64,000 nt of DNA from Squalus acanthias. Taxonomy: Eukaryota. The position numbers were made by a program, and so were the translations under genes. The stretch lies in NCBI GenBank assembly GCA_030390025.1, contig CM059431.1, forward strand, positions 128,838,001 through 128,902,000. Direction: 5' to 3'. Below, piece by piece: positions 38,562 to 50,785 of the stretch. Within the stretch, counting starts at the first letter, position 1. Each line of letters starts with the position of its first letter. The notes below the pieces were generated by a model that had not been told where the DNA came from, ran no database searches, and was given only the letters and a program-made list of their open reading frames with translations.

Positions 38562-40309
38562 TTGTTGGAGATAGTCATTGCCTGGCACTTGTGTGCTTGT
38601 GTGGCGCGAATGTTACTTGCCACTTATCAGCCCAAGCCCAAATCCTGCAGCAATGTCCTGGGGCTGAGATGATTGCCCTCCAACAACCACAACCATCTTC
38701 CTTTGTGCTATGTATGACTCCAGCCAGTGGAAAGTTTTCCCCCTGATTCCCATTGATTTCAATTTTACTAGGGCTTTTTGATGCCACACTCGGTCAAATG
38801 CTGCCTTGATGTCAAAGGGCAGTCACTCTCACCTCACCTCTGGAATTCAGCTCTTTTGTCCATGTTTGGACCAAGGCTGCAATGAGGACTGGTGCCGAGT
38901 GGTCCTGGCAGAACCCAAACTGGGCGTCAGTGAGCAGGTTATTAGTCAGTAAGTGTTGCTTGATAGCACTGTCGACAACACCTTCCATCACTTTGCTGAT
39001 GATTGAGAGTAGACTGATGGTGCAGTAATTGGTTGGATTGGATTTGTCCTGCTTTTTGTGGACAGGACATACCTGGGCAATTTTCCACATTGTCTGGTAA
39101 ATGTCAGTGTTGTAACTGTACTGGAACAGCTTGGCTAGAGATGTGGCTAGTTCTGGAGCACAAGTCTTCAGCACAACAGCCTTTGCAGTATCCAGTGCGC
39201 TCAGTCGTTTCTTGATATCACGTGGAGTGAATCGAATTGGCTGAAGACTGGCTTCTGTGATGGTGGGGACCTCAGGAGGAGGCTGAGATGGATCATCCAC
39301 TCGAAAGTTATGGCTGAAGAAGTTTGCAAACTCATCAGCTTGTCATTTGTGGTCATGTGCTGGGCTCCGCCTTCATTGAAGACAGGGATGTTCATGGAGC
39401 CTCCTCATCCCGTTAGTTGTTTAATTGTCCACCTCCATTCATGACTGGATGTGGCAGGACTCCAGAGCTTTGAGCTGATCCATTGGTTGTGAGATCTCTT
39501 AGCTCTGTCTATATCATGCTGTTTCTGCTTTTTAGCATGTATGTAGTCCTGTGCTGTAGCTTCCCCAGGTGGGCATCTCATTTTTAGGTACACCTGGTGC
39601 TGCTCCTGGCAAGCTCTTCTACACACCTCATTGAACCAGTGTTGGTCCCCTGGCTTGATGGTAATGGTAGAGTGAGGGATATACCAGGCCATGAGGTTAC
39701 AGATTGTGGTGGAATACAATTCTGCTGCTGCTGATGGCCCACAGTGCCTCATGGATGCCCAGTTTTGAGCTGCTAGATCTGTTCTGAATCCATCCCATTT
39801 AGCACGGTGGTAGTGCCACACAACATGATGGAGAGTGTTCTCAGTGTGAAGATGAGACCTCTTCTCCACAAGGACTGTGCAGTGGTCACTCCTACCAATA
39901 CTGTCATGGACAGATGCATCTGCAACAGGTAGATTGGTAGGATTTTCCCTCCTGTTTGTTCTCTCATCACCTGCCGCAAGCCCAGTCTGGCAACTATGTC
40001 CTTCAGTACTCGGCCAGTAGTGGAGCCACTCTTGATGATGGACATTGAAGTACCCCACCCAGAGTATGTTCTGTGCCCTTGCTACCCTCAGTGCTTCTTT
40101 CAAGTGGTGTTCAACATGGAGGAGTACTGATTCAATAGCTGAGGGAGGGCGTTAGATGGTAATCAGCAGGAGGTTTCCTTGACCATGTTTGACGTGATGC
40201 CATGAGACTTCATGGGGTCCAGAGTAAATGGTGAGGATTCCCAGGACCACTCCTGCCTGACTGTATACCACTGTGCCACCACCTCTGGTGAGTCTGTCCT
40301 GCCAATAAT

Positions 40310-40452
40310 AGCTTTTTTTTAAATTCCAGATTTATTTCATTAACTGAATTTAAATTCCCCAGCTGTCATGGTGGGGTTTAAACTCATGTATCTGGATCAT
40401 TAGTCCAGGCCTCTCGATTACTGGTCCAGTAACATAACCGCTGTGCTACCGC
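40310..40452 (-). mobile_element. tRNA-derived SINE head
   Basis: GGTAGCACAGCGGTT (A-box-like) and GAGTTTAAACCCC (B-box-like) on the minus strand. Confidence 0.6.
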
Positions 40453-40589
40453 CCGGATCGCGGATTGTGCCAAAGCGGAAACTCTACCCAGCAAGTTAGC
40501 TATATAGAGGTACACAGTTTCAGAAGCAAGGGACAAAAGCAACACACATCAGTCCCAGTGAGATTGGATGATATAGATACAGGCATTAA

Positions 40590-41475
40590 CAACATACTGT
40601 GGCAATTTTCAATGGCTCCTTCAGGCGCCAAAGAGCCTCCGAGGTGGCCAAGATGGGACCTTGAACTGAAACATCGGTTTAGCCTACGTTTAACGCAAGA
40701 CACCATCTTGGTGTAGCAGTTGAAGCACGCGCTAGGAACGGCCGCTTGGAAAATCGTTAAGAGGCTGATTGCCACTTAAATTGCCTGCTAGCACTCATTG
40801 AGGAGGCTGCACAGCATTTTAGTGGATAGCACTTGACCTAATGCCCTCTCCGAACTGCAACCAGCTGCGTGGGAGTAAACAAGTCATTGCAGAGTATTTT
40901 GTGCACTACTTAAAGGTATATCACCTTTTACTGTTCACTTGCTGCTGGAGGCTTGAAGAGGACTTTTGAAACACATCGGGAGACTTTCTGGGACACTACA
41001 CCAACACTCTATCAACATTTATTGCAGAAATTCTCTGAGGACTTCACCTAAAAAGAGTGAGTGCTGTGCTACTCTACCTTATTGGACACCTTATAGGAGT
41101 CACCAGGAGAAAGGGAGTGCTTGGTCATGGGCATCCTGCTAGGGGACCCCTTGGTTTGCAAGAGGAATGGGAGGAGGACATGAGACCAGGCAGAGCAGCA
41201 CCAGCTGCTGCAGGAGAGAGGAACAGGAGGACGAGGTGGACTCCTTCCCCCCTGCAGGTACATGACATCCCTCCACCTCTGGACCCCCTCCTCCAGGACC
41301 TCCAGTGCTGCATCCTAGAACCTGTGCGCCCCTCCCTCTGTCCCTGAGCCATCCTAAAACCTGATGCTGTGTGTCAGCCAGCCCACTCCATGCCATCAGT
41401 GGGATTGGGTGCATGGAGGCTACATATACCGCTCCACAAAAATTGTGTCTAATCAGCGCTTGAGTGCTAAACCTG
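40590..41475. mobile_element. Deleted Harbinger remnant with Myb N-terminus on the minus strand (~41250-41352)
   Basis: Frameshift-corrected AHRF*DAALEVLEEGVQRWRDVMYLQG. Confidence 0.6.
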
Positions 41476-41478
41476 CAG

Positions 41479-42519
41479 GGGCTGAATTTTAATGGGGAAG
41501 GCGGGTTGGGGGGTAGGGCAGCTCCAAGGCGGTTGGGAAACCCGGGAGAACAGGTTACCCGCAGGCCCCGTTGTCTTTACCGGCAGGGCCTGATTTGCAT
41601 AGGAATCCTCCATTTCTCACTCGCAGCCAGCTAGATGGAGAGGCTGGCTGGCTGGCTGCAGGTGGGTAGGCCTGCGGCATTAGGCCGCACAGAGGAGGGA
41701 GAGATAGATCGGATGGGGGCCGGGGCCAGACTACTGAGCATCAGTGGGGAGGGAGAGACGATCGGGGTCGGACTCCTGAGGATCGGTGGGAGGGAGGGCG
41801 GGAAAGAAGCACCGGACTCCTGAACATCGGGGGTGGGAGACAAGCACCAGACCCCTGAGGATCGGGGGGTGGGAGGGAGGCACCAGACCCCTGAGGATCG
41901 GGGGAGGGGGTGGGAGAGAAGCACCGGACCCCTGAGGATTGGGGGAGGGGATGGGAGAGAAGCATCAAGGCTGGAGCATCGGGGGTGGAGGGGGGGGAGG
42001 AGGGAGAGAGCAACAATTAGGTCTGGAGCATCAGGTGGGGAAGCATCGGGGCCAGCCTGAGCATCACTGGTTGGGGGGTGGGGGGGGGGAGGGAGTCCGG
42101 GAAGGTGATCGGAGGCCTCGTGGGGGGGTCTCCAATCACGGGGGGTGGGTTAGGCAGGGACCCTGGATCCAGGAGGTAGGTATAAAGGCACTTACCACCT
42201 GGATGCAGCAGCCCTTGCCTTGCTGTAGCTAGTGAGTTTTACGAGGTGTGCAAAACCAAACTAGCTACAGTTAAACACAAAATGGAGGTTAAAGAAAAGG
42301 TTTCCAGCCTCATTATAATATTTAAATTGACCGCCCACCTCCTGGCAGCGGGTTGGCTGCCCGCCCCCGTCGCGCCCCCCCGCCCCCCCCCCATCCCACC
42401 TCCGTTTAAACTGGAAGTGGGCGGGTTGGAGGCGGGTTCAGGTCAGGATTCACATTTTTAACACTTTAACTACCCCCACGCTCCTAACCCACCCATATTT
42501 TTAGGTTAAAATTCCCCCC
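41479..42519. mobile_element. Harbinger-type MITE, family B, G-rich repetitive interior
   Basis: TIRs GGGCTGAATTTT / AAAATTCCCCCC, TSD CAG; 3' part shared with 45780-46080. Confidence 0.78.
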
Positions 42520-43529
42520 CAGTTGTTTGTTTTAGTACCTCCTTGCAAGTTCAAATTATAGAAATCAGCAATAGGACCAAAATTGCAAGCTGAAACCAAA
42601 CTTCCAAACAGATGTGTATTATTAGCACAGCACCTGTTTTCACCCTTTCAACCAAGATAACCCCCTGTATTCTCAATGCTCTCCATAGAGAATAAAAAAG
42701 AGAATAGCCTAAATGTCAATTAAGTGCATATTCCTCTCCTCTTCGACCCCACATTCTCCTTGCAAGGTCCTCTGTACACCTTTCCACGGTCTCGAAACAT
42801 CAAACTAATTTGCAAGGAAACCAGTTCTTCTCCAGAGACTTTGCCGACATTCAACTCTCTGCAGAGCAGCTCTCGCCAAACGTGTTACTCCGAAAAATCT
42901 GCCTCTTTTCCCCTTAATGTAAGCCCTGCTGTGGTAGCAATCACCAGCTGCATAAAAGCATTGAACTGAGAGGTTTAGCCAGTGCAACAGTTAACTGACT
43001 ACATTACTACTTTTTACGTATTAAGTAAATAACAGTAGGTACAGCCAGAGGTAAATTGTATTGAGAGCAGATGTTGTATGAATTTGACTCTTGCAGCTGT
43101 TGGGAACAGCGATGCAGAGTATTGCTCTCTTCACAATTTGAAAACTTGCAGATCAATGTATTAATGACAGACTTTGCCAAACATTTTAGTTACAATACAA
43201 GGTCAATGAGTCATCTTCATATATTAGTACACCAGTTTTGCATGGTATTGAATTTAAAAGTATGATTATTCACGAAGTAGAGAGAAAGATTTAAAAGTCG
43301 CACGGAATGTAAATTCCTGCAGGCACTATTGTACAAAAATCTGGAGCTAACATACCTGGCTTCTGATAGACTGTAAAGTATAATTCTTCTTCAGTGCAGA
43401 GCACCAAGGATGGTGATGGGATCTCAGACTCTAAGCTATGAAGAGAGACTTACAGAACAGTACCGACTTTCATCAGAGGAAATGGAGAAACGAAGATTGA
43501 GAGAAGATATAATCTGTTTTTAAAATATA

Positions 43530-46080
43530 GGCCTGGATTTTAGCCTGGAGAGAAGTTCTGTGCGGGGGGAGGGGTGGCGGGGCTGTTGTGAGGTCGGGAA
43601 ACCCGTAAGAACACAGGGCACCTCTATGTGGGGTTCCCACCCACAGGCAGCCTGATTGACAGGCTGGAGGCCTTTCCGGTGGGGAAGCCTGCTTCACAAG
43701 TCTATGAGAGCAGGTAGGTGTATTGGGAGAGTGAGAGAGATTGTGGGGGAAGTCCGGATCATGTGTGAGGGGGGGGGGTCCGCATTGCAGGGGGGAGTGT
43801 CCGGATCACGGGGGATTCGGATTGCGGGTGATCTGGATCGCGGGGGGGGGCCGATGGTAGTCTTGGGGATCCCGATTGTGGGGGAGGTCCGATGGGTGGT
43901 TTGGTGGGTCTCGATTGTGGGGGGGATGTTCAATGGTGGTCCGGGGATTCCAATTGTGGGGGGAGAGGGGTCTGATGGTGGTCGGGGAGGGCAAATGGTG
44001 GTCGGGGGGAGCTGATGATGGTCAGGGGGAGCAGATGGCGGTCAGGGGGGGCAGATGGTGGTCGGGGAGGGCAGATGGTGGTCGGGGGGGCAGATGGTGG
44101 TCGGGGGGGGGAGGCAGATGGTGGTCGGGGGAGGCAGATGGTGTTCGGGGGGGGAGCAGATGGTGGTCGGGGGGGGAGCAGACGGTGGTCGGGGGGGGAG
44201 CAGACGGTGGTCGGGGGGGGCAGATGGTGGTCGGGGGGGAGCAGATGGTAGTCGGGGGGGGGCAGATGGTGGTCGGGGGGGAGCAGATGGAGGTCGGGGG
44301 GGGCAGATGGTGGTCGGGGGGGGTGCAGATGGTGGTCGGGGGAGCAGATGGTGGTCGGGGGAGCTGATGGTGGTCGGGGGGGACAGATGGTGGTTGGGGG
44401 GGACAGATGGTGGTTGGGGGGAGGCAGATGGTGGTCGGGGGGCCAGATGGTGGTCGGGGGGGCAGATGGTGGTTGGGGGGGAGGCAGATGGTGGTCGGGG
44501 GGGCAGATGGTGGTTGGGGGGGGGCAGATGGTGGTTGGGGGGAGGCAGATGGTGGTCGGGGGGGCAGATGGTGGTCGGGGAGGGGCAGATGGTGGTCGGG
44601 GGGGCAGATGGTGGTCGGGGAGGGGCAGATGGTGGTCGGGGGGGCAGATGGTGGTCGGGGGGGCAGATGGTGGTCGGGTAGCGGCAGATGGCGGTCGGGG
44701 GGGCAGATGGTGGTCGGGGGGGGCAGATGGTGGTCGGGGGGGCAGATGGTGGTCGGGGGGGCAGATGGTGGTCGGGGGGGCAGATGGTGGTCGGGGGGCC
44801 AGATGGTGGTCGGGGAGGGGCAGATGGTGGTCGGGGGGGAGCAGATGGTGGTCGGGGGGGGAGGCAGATGGTGGTCAGGGGGGCAGATGGTGGTCGGGGA
44901 GGGGCAGATGGTGGTCGGGGGGGAGCAGATGGTGGTCGGGGGGGAGCAGATGGTGGTCGGGGTGGGGCAGATGGTGGTCGGGAGGGCAGACGGTGGTCGG
45001 GGGGGCAGATGGTGGTCGGGGGGGCAGATGGTGGTCGGGGGGGGCAGATGGTGGTCGGGGAGGGGCAGATGGTGGTCGGGGGGGAGCAGATGGTGGTCGG
45101 GGGGGGAGGCAGATGGTGGTCGGGGGGAGCAGATGGTGGTCGGGGGGGCAGATGGTGGTCGGGGGGGCAGATGGTGGTCGGGGGGGCAGATGGTGGTCGG
45201 GGGGGCGGCAGATGGTGGTCGGGGGGGCAGATGGTGGTCGGGGGGGCAGATGGTGGTCGGGGGGGCAGATGGTGGTCGGGGAGGGGCAGATGGTGGTCGG
45301 GGGGGAGCAGATGGTGGTCGGGGGGGGAGGCAGATGGTGGTCGGGGGGAGCAGATGGTGGTCGGGGGGGCAGATGGTGGTCGGGGGGGCAGATGGTGGTC
45401 GGGGGGGCAGATGGTGGTCGGGGGGCGGCAGATGGTGGTCGGGGGGGCAGATGGTGGTCGGGGGGGAGGCAGATGGTGGTTGGGGGGAGGCAGATGGTGG
45501 TCGGGGGGGCAGATGGTGGTCGGGGGGGAGCAGATGGTGGTCGGGGGGGGAGCAGATGGTGGTCGGGGGGGAGCAGATGGTGGTCGGGGGGGGCAGATGG
45601 TGGTCGGGGGGGGGCAGATGGTGGTCGGGGGGGCAGATGGTGGTCGGGGGGGCAGATGGTGGTCGGGGGGGCAGATGGTGGTCGGGGGGAGGGAGCTGAC
45701 AGATCGCGCGGGGATATTTACTGGTAGCTTGTTGGGCCTGGAGGAAACACTCCTGCTCCTCCTGGCCCACAAGCAGTCCTGTAAAGGCACTTACCTCATG
45801 GATTCAGCCCTTCTTGCCTCCTTGCAGCTGCCGACTTTCTTGAGGCCTGGGAAAAGTGGCCACTTGTGGTTAAAAATAGAGCGACTGTTAAATTGAAGGC
45901 AGGCAGCCTCAGTATAATATTTAAATGACCAACCCACTTCCCGCGAGCGAATGATCGCCCGCCCCTCGTTCCGCCTCCATTAAAACCGGAAGTGGGCGGG
46001 ATCGAGGCGGGTTCGGTTACTGTTCCAGATTTTTTGCATTTTAACCTCTGACACGACCCCAACCCACCCGTTTTCAGCCC
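43530..46080. mobile_element. Harbinger-type MITE, family B, containing an expanded minisatellite
   Basis: GGCCTGGATTTT / TTTTCAGCCC ends, TSD ATA; flanked by old CR1-like sequence. Confidence 0.78.
43972..45690 (+). repeat. G-rich minisatellite (GCAGATGGTGGTC-Gn), ~20-25-nt unit, roughly 80 copies
   Basis: Directly visible tandem array. Confidence 0.98.
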
Positions 46081-46529
46081 ATAGAGAGGAATGGCTAATC
46101 TAGATACACACAGATTATTTAACTTGAACTATGAGTTCAGAAATGGAGGTCACCAGAGTAAAATTTAACATGCCTCAGATGCGACTTGAGGATAGAGGAA
46201 ATGTTTTACTACACATCGAGATTGCAAGGAATAGACTGCTAGCTAAAGCAGTTTATACTGTTTCAGTTAACACATTTGAATATCTGTTCAGGAATATGAT
46301 TGAACCATAGAAGTTTACAGTACAGAAGGAGGTCACTCATCGTGTCTCAGCAAGCTCTTTATCATTAAATCCATTACCCCACATATAATTCAATCCCCTC
46401 CACCTGCACTTATCTCAACTATCTTTGTACAAAACATCGGTTAAGCCACAGTTAGCATACTACGTTCAGTTTTGGGCCGCCCATTAAACAAAGTATATAG
46501 TACCTTATCCTGTTCTCAGGACAACCAAG

Positions 46530-46900
46530 ATGTTTTGGGGTATGGTCACTGTTCTTCTATGGGTAAATATGGCAGCCAATTTGTGCACAAACAGCGAATA
46601 CATTGAATGACCAGTTAATCTGTTTTTTGGTGATGATGGTTGAGAGAGAATAATATTTACCAGGACAGTAGGAGAACTGCCTGCTCGCCTTCAACCAGTG
46701 CCGTAGGATCTCTAACATCCACCTGACTAGACGGGCGTGGTATCAGTTTTAACATATCTTCAAGAGATGGCACCTCTAATAATGAAGCAGGTCCTCAGTA
46801 CAGCACTGAATTCTCAGTCTAGATTATGTGCTCAAGTCCTGAATTTATGACCTTCCAGACTCAGGTGAGAGTACCAGCAACTGGGCCAAGCTAACACTTC
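46530..46900 (-). mobile_element. Deu-domain SINE, degenerate
   Basis: Colinear with 1626-1915 and 48300-48530. Confidence 0.7.
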
Positions 46901-47585
46901 AGCTTGCCTTCCTTACTGAGGCCAAGAAAGGAAAGCACTCAAGAATGAATAATGTAGAATATTAGGGTGCATTTTTAATAACAATTTCTTACCAACACTA
47001 AACTTATTTACGGTAAATCAAGAGTTGAGGCTCCACCTGACTCTGGAGTAAAACTCCTTCCTCCAGAGAGTCTCGCTCTACTTTACTTCATTGTAAGGTT
47101 AGGCCCTAAATCTTGATTAACAGTAAAGTTTTAGCATCAGTGCAAAGCTACTGTTTTCATTGAGTTGAAGTAAGTACTCGGGTATTTTGTTTTTTTTCCC
47201 ATTGGGCTGGAGCGTTAGGGATAAACTTTTTGGTACAATTCCTCTAGGAGTGGGTTTCATGGGCTATGTGGCCCTTTCTCATTCAATGCATCCTTATGTT
47301 TATTTTGTTATATTCCACACACATTTATACATTTTCAAATAATGTAACTTCTTTAAGGAATTGTTCATGCAGGAGCCACATGATCTTCCCTTACTGTATC
47401 CATAAGACTGGCACTTTGCTCAGTTAGCTTTAGTTCTCTTTTAATCACTGTCAATAATTTAAAATACAACTTGGCATACTATTTGTGAAAAGTAAATATT
47501 AGAAAGAAAAGTGGGCATGCACTGTTTTCTGTAAAATTTGTTAAATTCCATCCAATTATTTGCACTCATGTATGTCAATACTTAC

Positions 47586-47697
47586 ATTCAAATTTGTACA
47601 AATTGTAGGAAACCTTTTCCAAACATTCATACAGAGCTTTTTCAGTGTCTCCTGCTGGACAGTAAATTTATAACCTGCGAAATTTGGCTGGACTTTC
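47586..47697 (-). CDS. Candidate internal exon of an unidentified host gene (KVQPNFAGYKFTVQQETLKKLCMNVWKRFPTICTNLN)
   Basis: Acceptor CTGATTTTCTTGGTTTTGTTAG|G, donor AAT|GTAAGT, single open frame, non-repetitive flanks. Confidence 0.5.
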
Positions 47698-48219
47698 CTA
47701 ACAAAACCAAGAAAATCAGACTCCAGATACTCAGCTTCTTAATTTTTCTTAACCCGTCTCAAGTCAAGGAGCTGGAAAACAACAAAACTGACTTCTCCTA
47801 CCCCTTGGAGTTAAACTGTTAAACTACAATGGCAGATGAGCAGAATAATTTAACTATATCTTAAAGAATAGCTGCTGATATTCACCGCATCTAGTAAAAT
47901 AAGCTCAAAAAACACTTTAAGGAAAGTACCAGCTGAGACTAAAATTAAAAATTAACGAGCAACAAAGGACTCGATAAATGTGTGAAGGATGACATATGTG
48001 TTAGCTTCTGATACATACATCCACAAAGAAGTTGTAGTTATTGCCTGTGGAAGACATGCAGTCCTGGCTACATGATCAAATCACAAATGGAATGAATCTA
48101 CACACGATACTTTGAAACAAAAGCAGTTACCTTGTCAAAAGGACATAAGCTCATCCTATTGAAATTGTTAGTTCCAATTAACACGTGGCTTGTCAGCTCT
48201 GAGAATTCCAGTCTCCCTA

Positions 48220-48532
48220 AGAAAGAAAGACTTGCATTTATATAGTGCCTTTCACGACCACTGGACGTCTCAAAGCGCTTTACAGCCAATTAAGTACTTT
48301 TTGACGTGTAGTCACTGTTGTAATGTAGGAAACGTGGCAGCCAATTTGCGCACAGAAAGCTCCCACAAACAGCAATGTGATAATGACCAGATCATCTCTT
48401 TTAGTGCTGTTGATTGAGGGATAAATACTGACCAGGACACTGGGGATAACTCCTCTGCTCTTCTTCGAAATAGTGCCATGGGATCTTTTACATCCACCTG
48501 AGGGAGCAGACGGGGCCTCGGTTTAATGTCTC
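48220..48532 (-). mobile_element. Deu-domain SINE 3' half with L2-type tail
   Basis: GGCACTATTTCGAAGAAGAGCAGAGGAGTTATCCCC core; tail AAGGCACTATATAAATGCAAGTCTTTCTT. Confidence 0.85.
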
Positions 48533-48903
48533 CAAAAGGCTGACCGATTTTTAAAAAAAAGTTTTCAGCTCACACATTGCGGTACAAACAAATCCTAATA
48601 GTACAGTTACAAAGCTATTCATATGTCAGCAGCATTTTATTACTTTAATATTGCTCCCCTGAGGCTCTGTGTGTAAATGCACTATAAAACTTGGTGCTGA
48701 GCCTTTCAAACCAGGAAGGCCCCAGATTTGATCTCTGAAAGTTGTACAAATGTAAAACCCGACCCCAATCCAACCCGCCTCCAACACGCCCACTTTCACC
48801 TTTCACTCAGGCGGGACGGGGGTGCGGGCTGCCAACCCGCTGCCAAGAGGCGGGTTGGCAATTTAAATATGATAATGAGGCCTGCAGCCTCTACTTTTAC
48901 CCG

Positions 48904-50785
48904 AAATAACAACAGAAAATGCTGGAAAAACTCAGCAGGCCAGGCAGCATCCGTGGAGAGAGAAACAGAGTTAACGGGCTGGATTTTGTCAATGGGGACG
49001 TGATGGAGGCGGGACTCCCACTTTTAGGGATGTAGTCCCGCCTCCATCAACTTGTGGCCAACCCACTGTATTTTCCCTTGATTGACCTTGTTAAGTCCGC
49101 CCAGCGGGCTCAGCAGGCCAATCAAGGGTCCCTTGGATACAGGTAACGTCAGCCATTGAAATTTCATCTGTCAAGAGCTTTTGACAGATGAAATTTCAGT
49201 GTTTGACAGCTCTGTGAAGCTGTCAAACACTGACAATATGATTTCTAACATGAGTCCCTGTACTTAGACTCAGTTAGAAATCAATCCAGCACAGAAAGCA
49301 GAGGCTGCAGCTTTTGACATCTCCGCGGCCATTCTGCTTTCTGTGCCGGTGAGTTGAGGGACTCCCGAGAACTGAAGGAAGGAAGCCTGCAGGACAAAGT
49401 TAAGGTAAGTACAAGTTCTTATAACACTTTACACACACCAAACACACTTACCTCTGCACTCATGCACCCATTACTCACCTGCACACCGGACATCTCGACC
49501 CCTCCAAGCCCTCCAGACCGATGGTCCGCCTCGCTAAATCAGCGTGGTTCGGACCTGTCGGGAAGCCCACACTTCAGGGCCAAAAATAGGGATTAGGCAA
49601 AAAACTGCCTGTTAACTACCTGTTAACAGGCAGTTTATTGGTACTAATCCCCTTCCCGCCTCGGGGAGGAGGGTCCCAGCACAGGTCGGGTACCCGCCTC
49701 CTGTGAAACTGGCATGGAGGCGGGTTGTGGGGTGGGATGGGTTCGGGACTCCCGAATCTGCTATTTTCCCACCCCACACACCTCCAAACCCGTCTCTACG
49801 GGCCGGTGAAAATTGAGCCCAACGTTTCAGGTCGAAGACCTTTCGTCAGAACTGGAAAAAAGCAGGAAATGGAATAGATTTTAAAGCAGGTTTAGGGGCT
49901 GGGAAATGGGGGAGAGGATGAAAGAACAAAAGGGAAGGTCAGTGATAGGATAGAAAGCAGGAGAGATTAAGAGACATTGAGAGACATTAAGAGATATTCA
50001 AGGCAAGAGGAGGTGGTAATGTGACAGGTTAAGCAACAAAGGATGGCTCTAGATGAAGTGTGAATCACACTGGCAGAATGAAGGACAGCTGCCATGTGGG
50101 AGGGAAGAAAAAAAGGCCAAACAAAAAGTGTGGATAAAAAATATATATATGTATGTGATAGGGGCCGAGGTTATGATCTGAAATTGTTGAACTCTATGTT
50201 GAGTCCAGAGGGCTGTAGAGTGCCTAATAGAAAGATGAGGTGCTGTTCCTCGAGCTTACGCTGAGCTTCCATGGAACAATGCAAGAGGCCGAGGACAGTG
50301 AGGTCTGAGTGGGAGTGGAGCGGTGAATTAAAGTGACAGGCGACCAGAAGCTCGGGGTCCTCCTTACGGACTGAACGGAGGTGTTCCGCAAAGTGGTCAC
50401 CCAATCTGCGTTTGGTCTCCCCAATGTAGAGGAGACCACATCGTGAGCAGCGAATACAGAATACTAAATTGCAAGAAGTACAAGTAAATCGTTGTTTCAC
50501 CTGGAAGGGGTGTTTGGGGCCCTGGACAGTGGGAAGGGGGGAGGTATAAGGGCATGTGTTGCATCTCCTGCGCTTGCACGGGAAGGTGCCGGGCGAAGGG
50601 GAAGGGGTGCTGGGGGTGATAGAGGAGTGGACTAGGGTGTCGCGGAGGGAGCGGTCCCTACGGAATGCTGAAAGGGGAGGTGAGGGGAAGATGCGTTTGG
50701 TGGTGGGATCACGCTGGAGGTGGCAGAAATGGCGGAGGATGATCCGTTGAATGTGGAGGCTGGTGGGGTGAAAGGTGAGGACAAG
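48904..50785 (-). mobile_element. Penelope family-2 3' portion (GIY-YIG, UTR, hammerhead), lying inside a family-B-like MITE (~48750-51147)
   Basis: FTCTSCNLVFCIRCSRCGLLYIGETKRRLGDHFAEH; hammerhead AGUU-CUGACGA-A-AGGUC(UUC)GACCU-GAAA-CGUU at 49821-49853. Confidence 0.9.
48976..49820. mobile_element. Harbinger-type MITE with internal hairpin array
   Basis: TIRs GGGCTGGATTTT / AAAATTGAGCCC, TSD AAC. Confidence 0.88.

Larger units (their letters stand above)
37689..40302 (-). mobile_element. Zenon-like LINE (EN through RT), degenerate, with SINE and Penelope insertions
   Basis: RGGGTVVY, GYFNVHH, GRSDH, LKTCAPELA, QFGF. Confidence 0.9.

Noticed and set aside
43972..45690. CRISPR-like regularly spaced repeats
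   Set aside because: The spacers are only G-runs; eukaryotic context; no cas genes
43876..45896. 400-580 aa Pro-rich or Gly-rich ORFs in nearly all frames
   Set aside because: Artefact of a stop-free minisatellite
48131..48216. Minus-strand exon candidate
   Set aside because: The acceptor comes from a SINE tail and the phases fit neither neighbouring candidate
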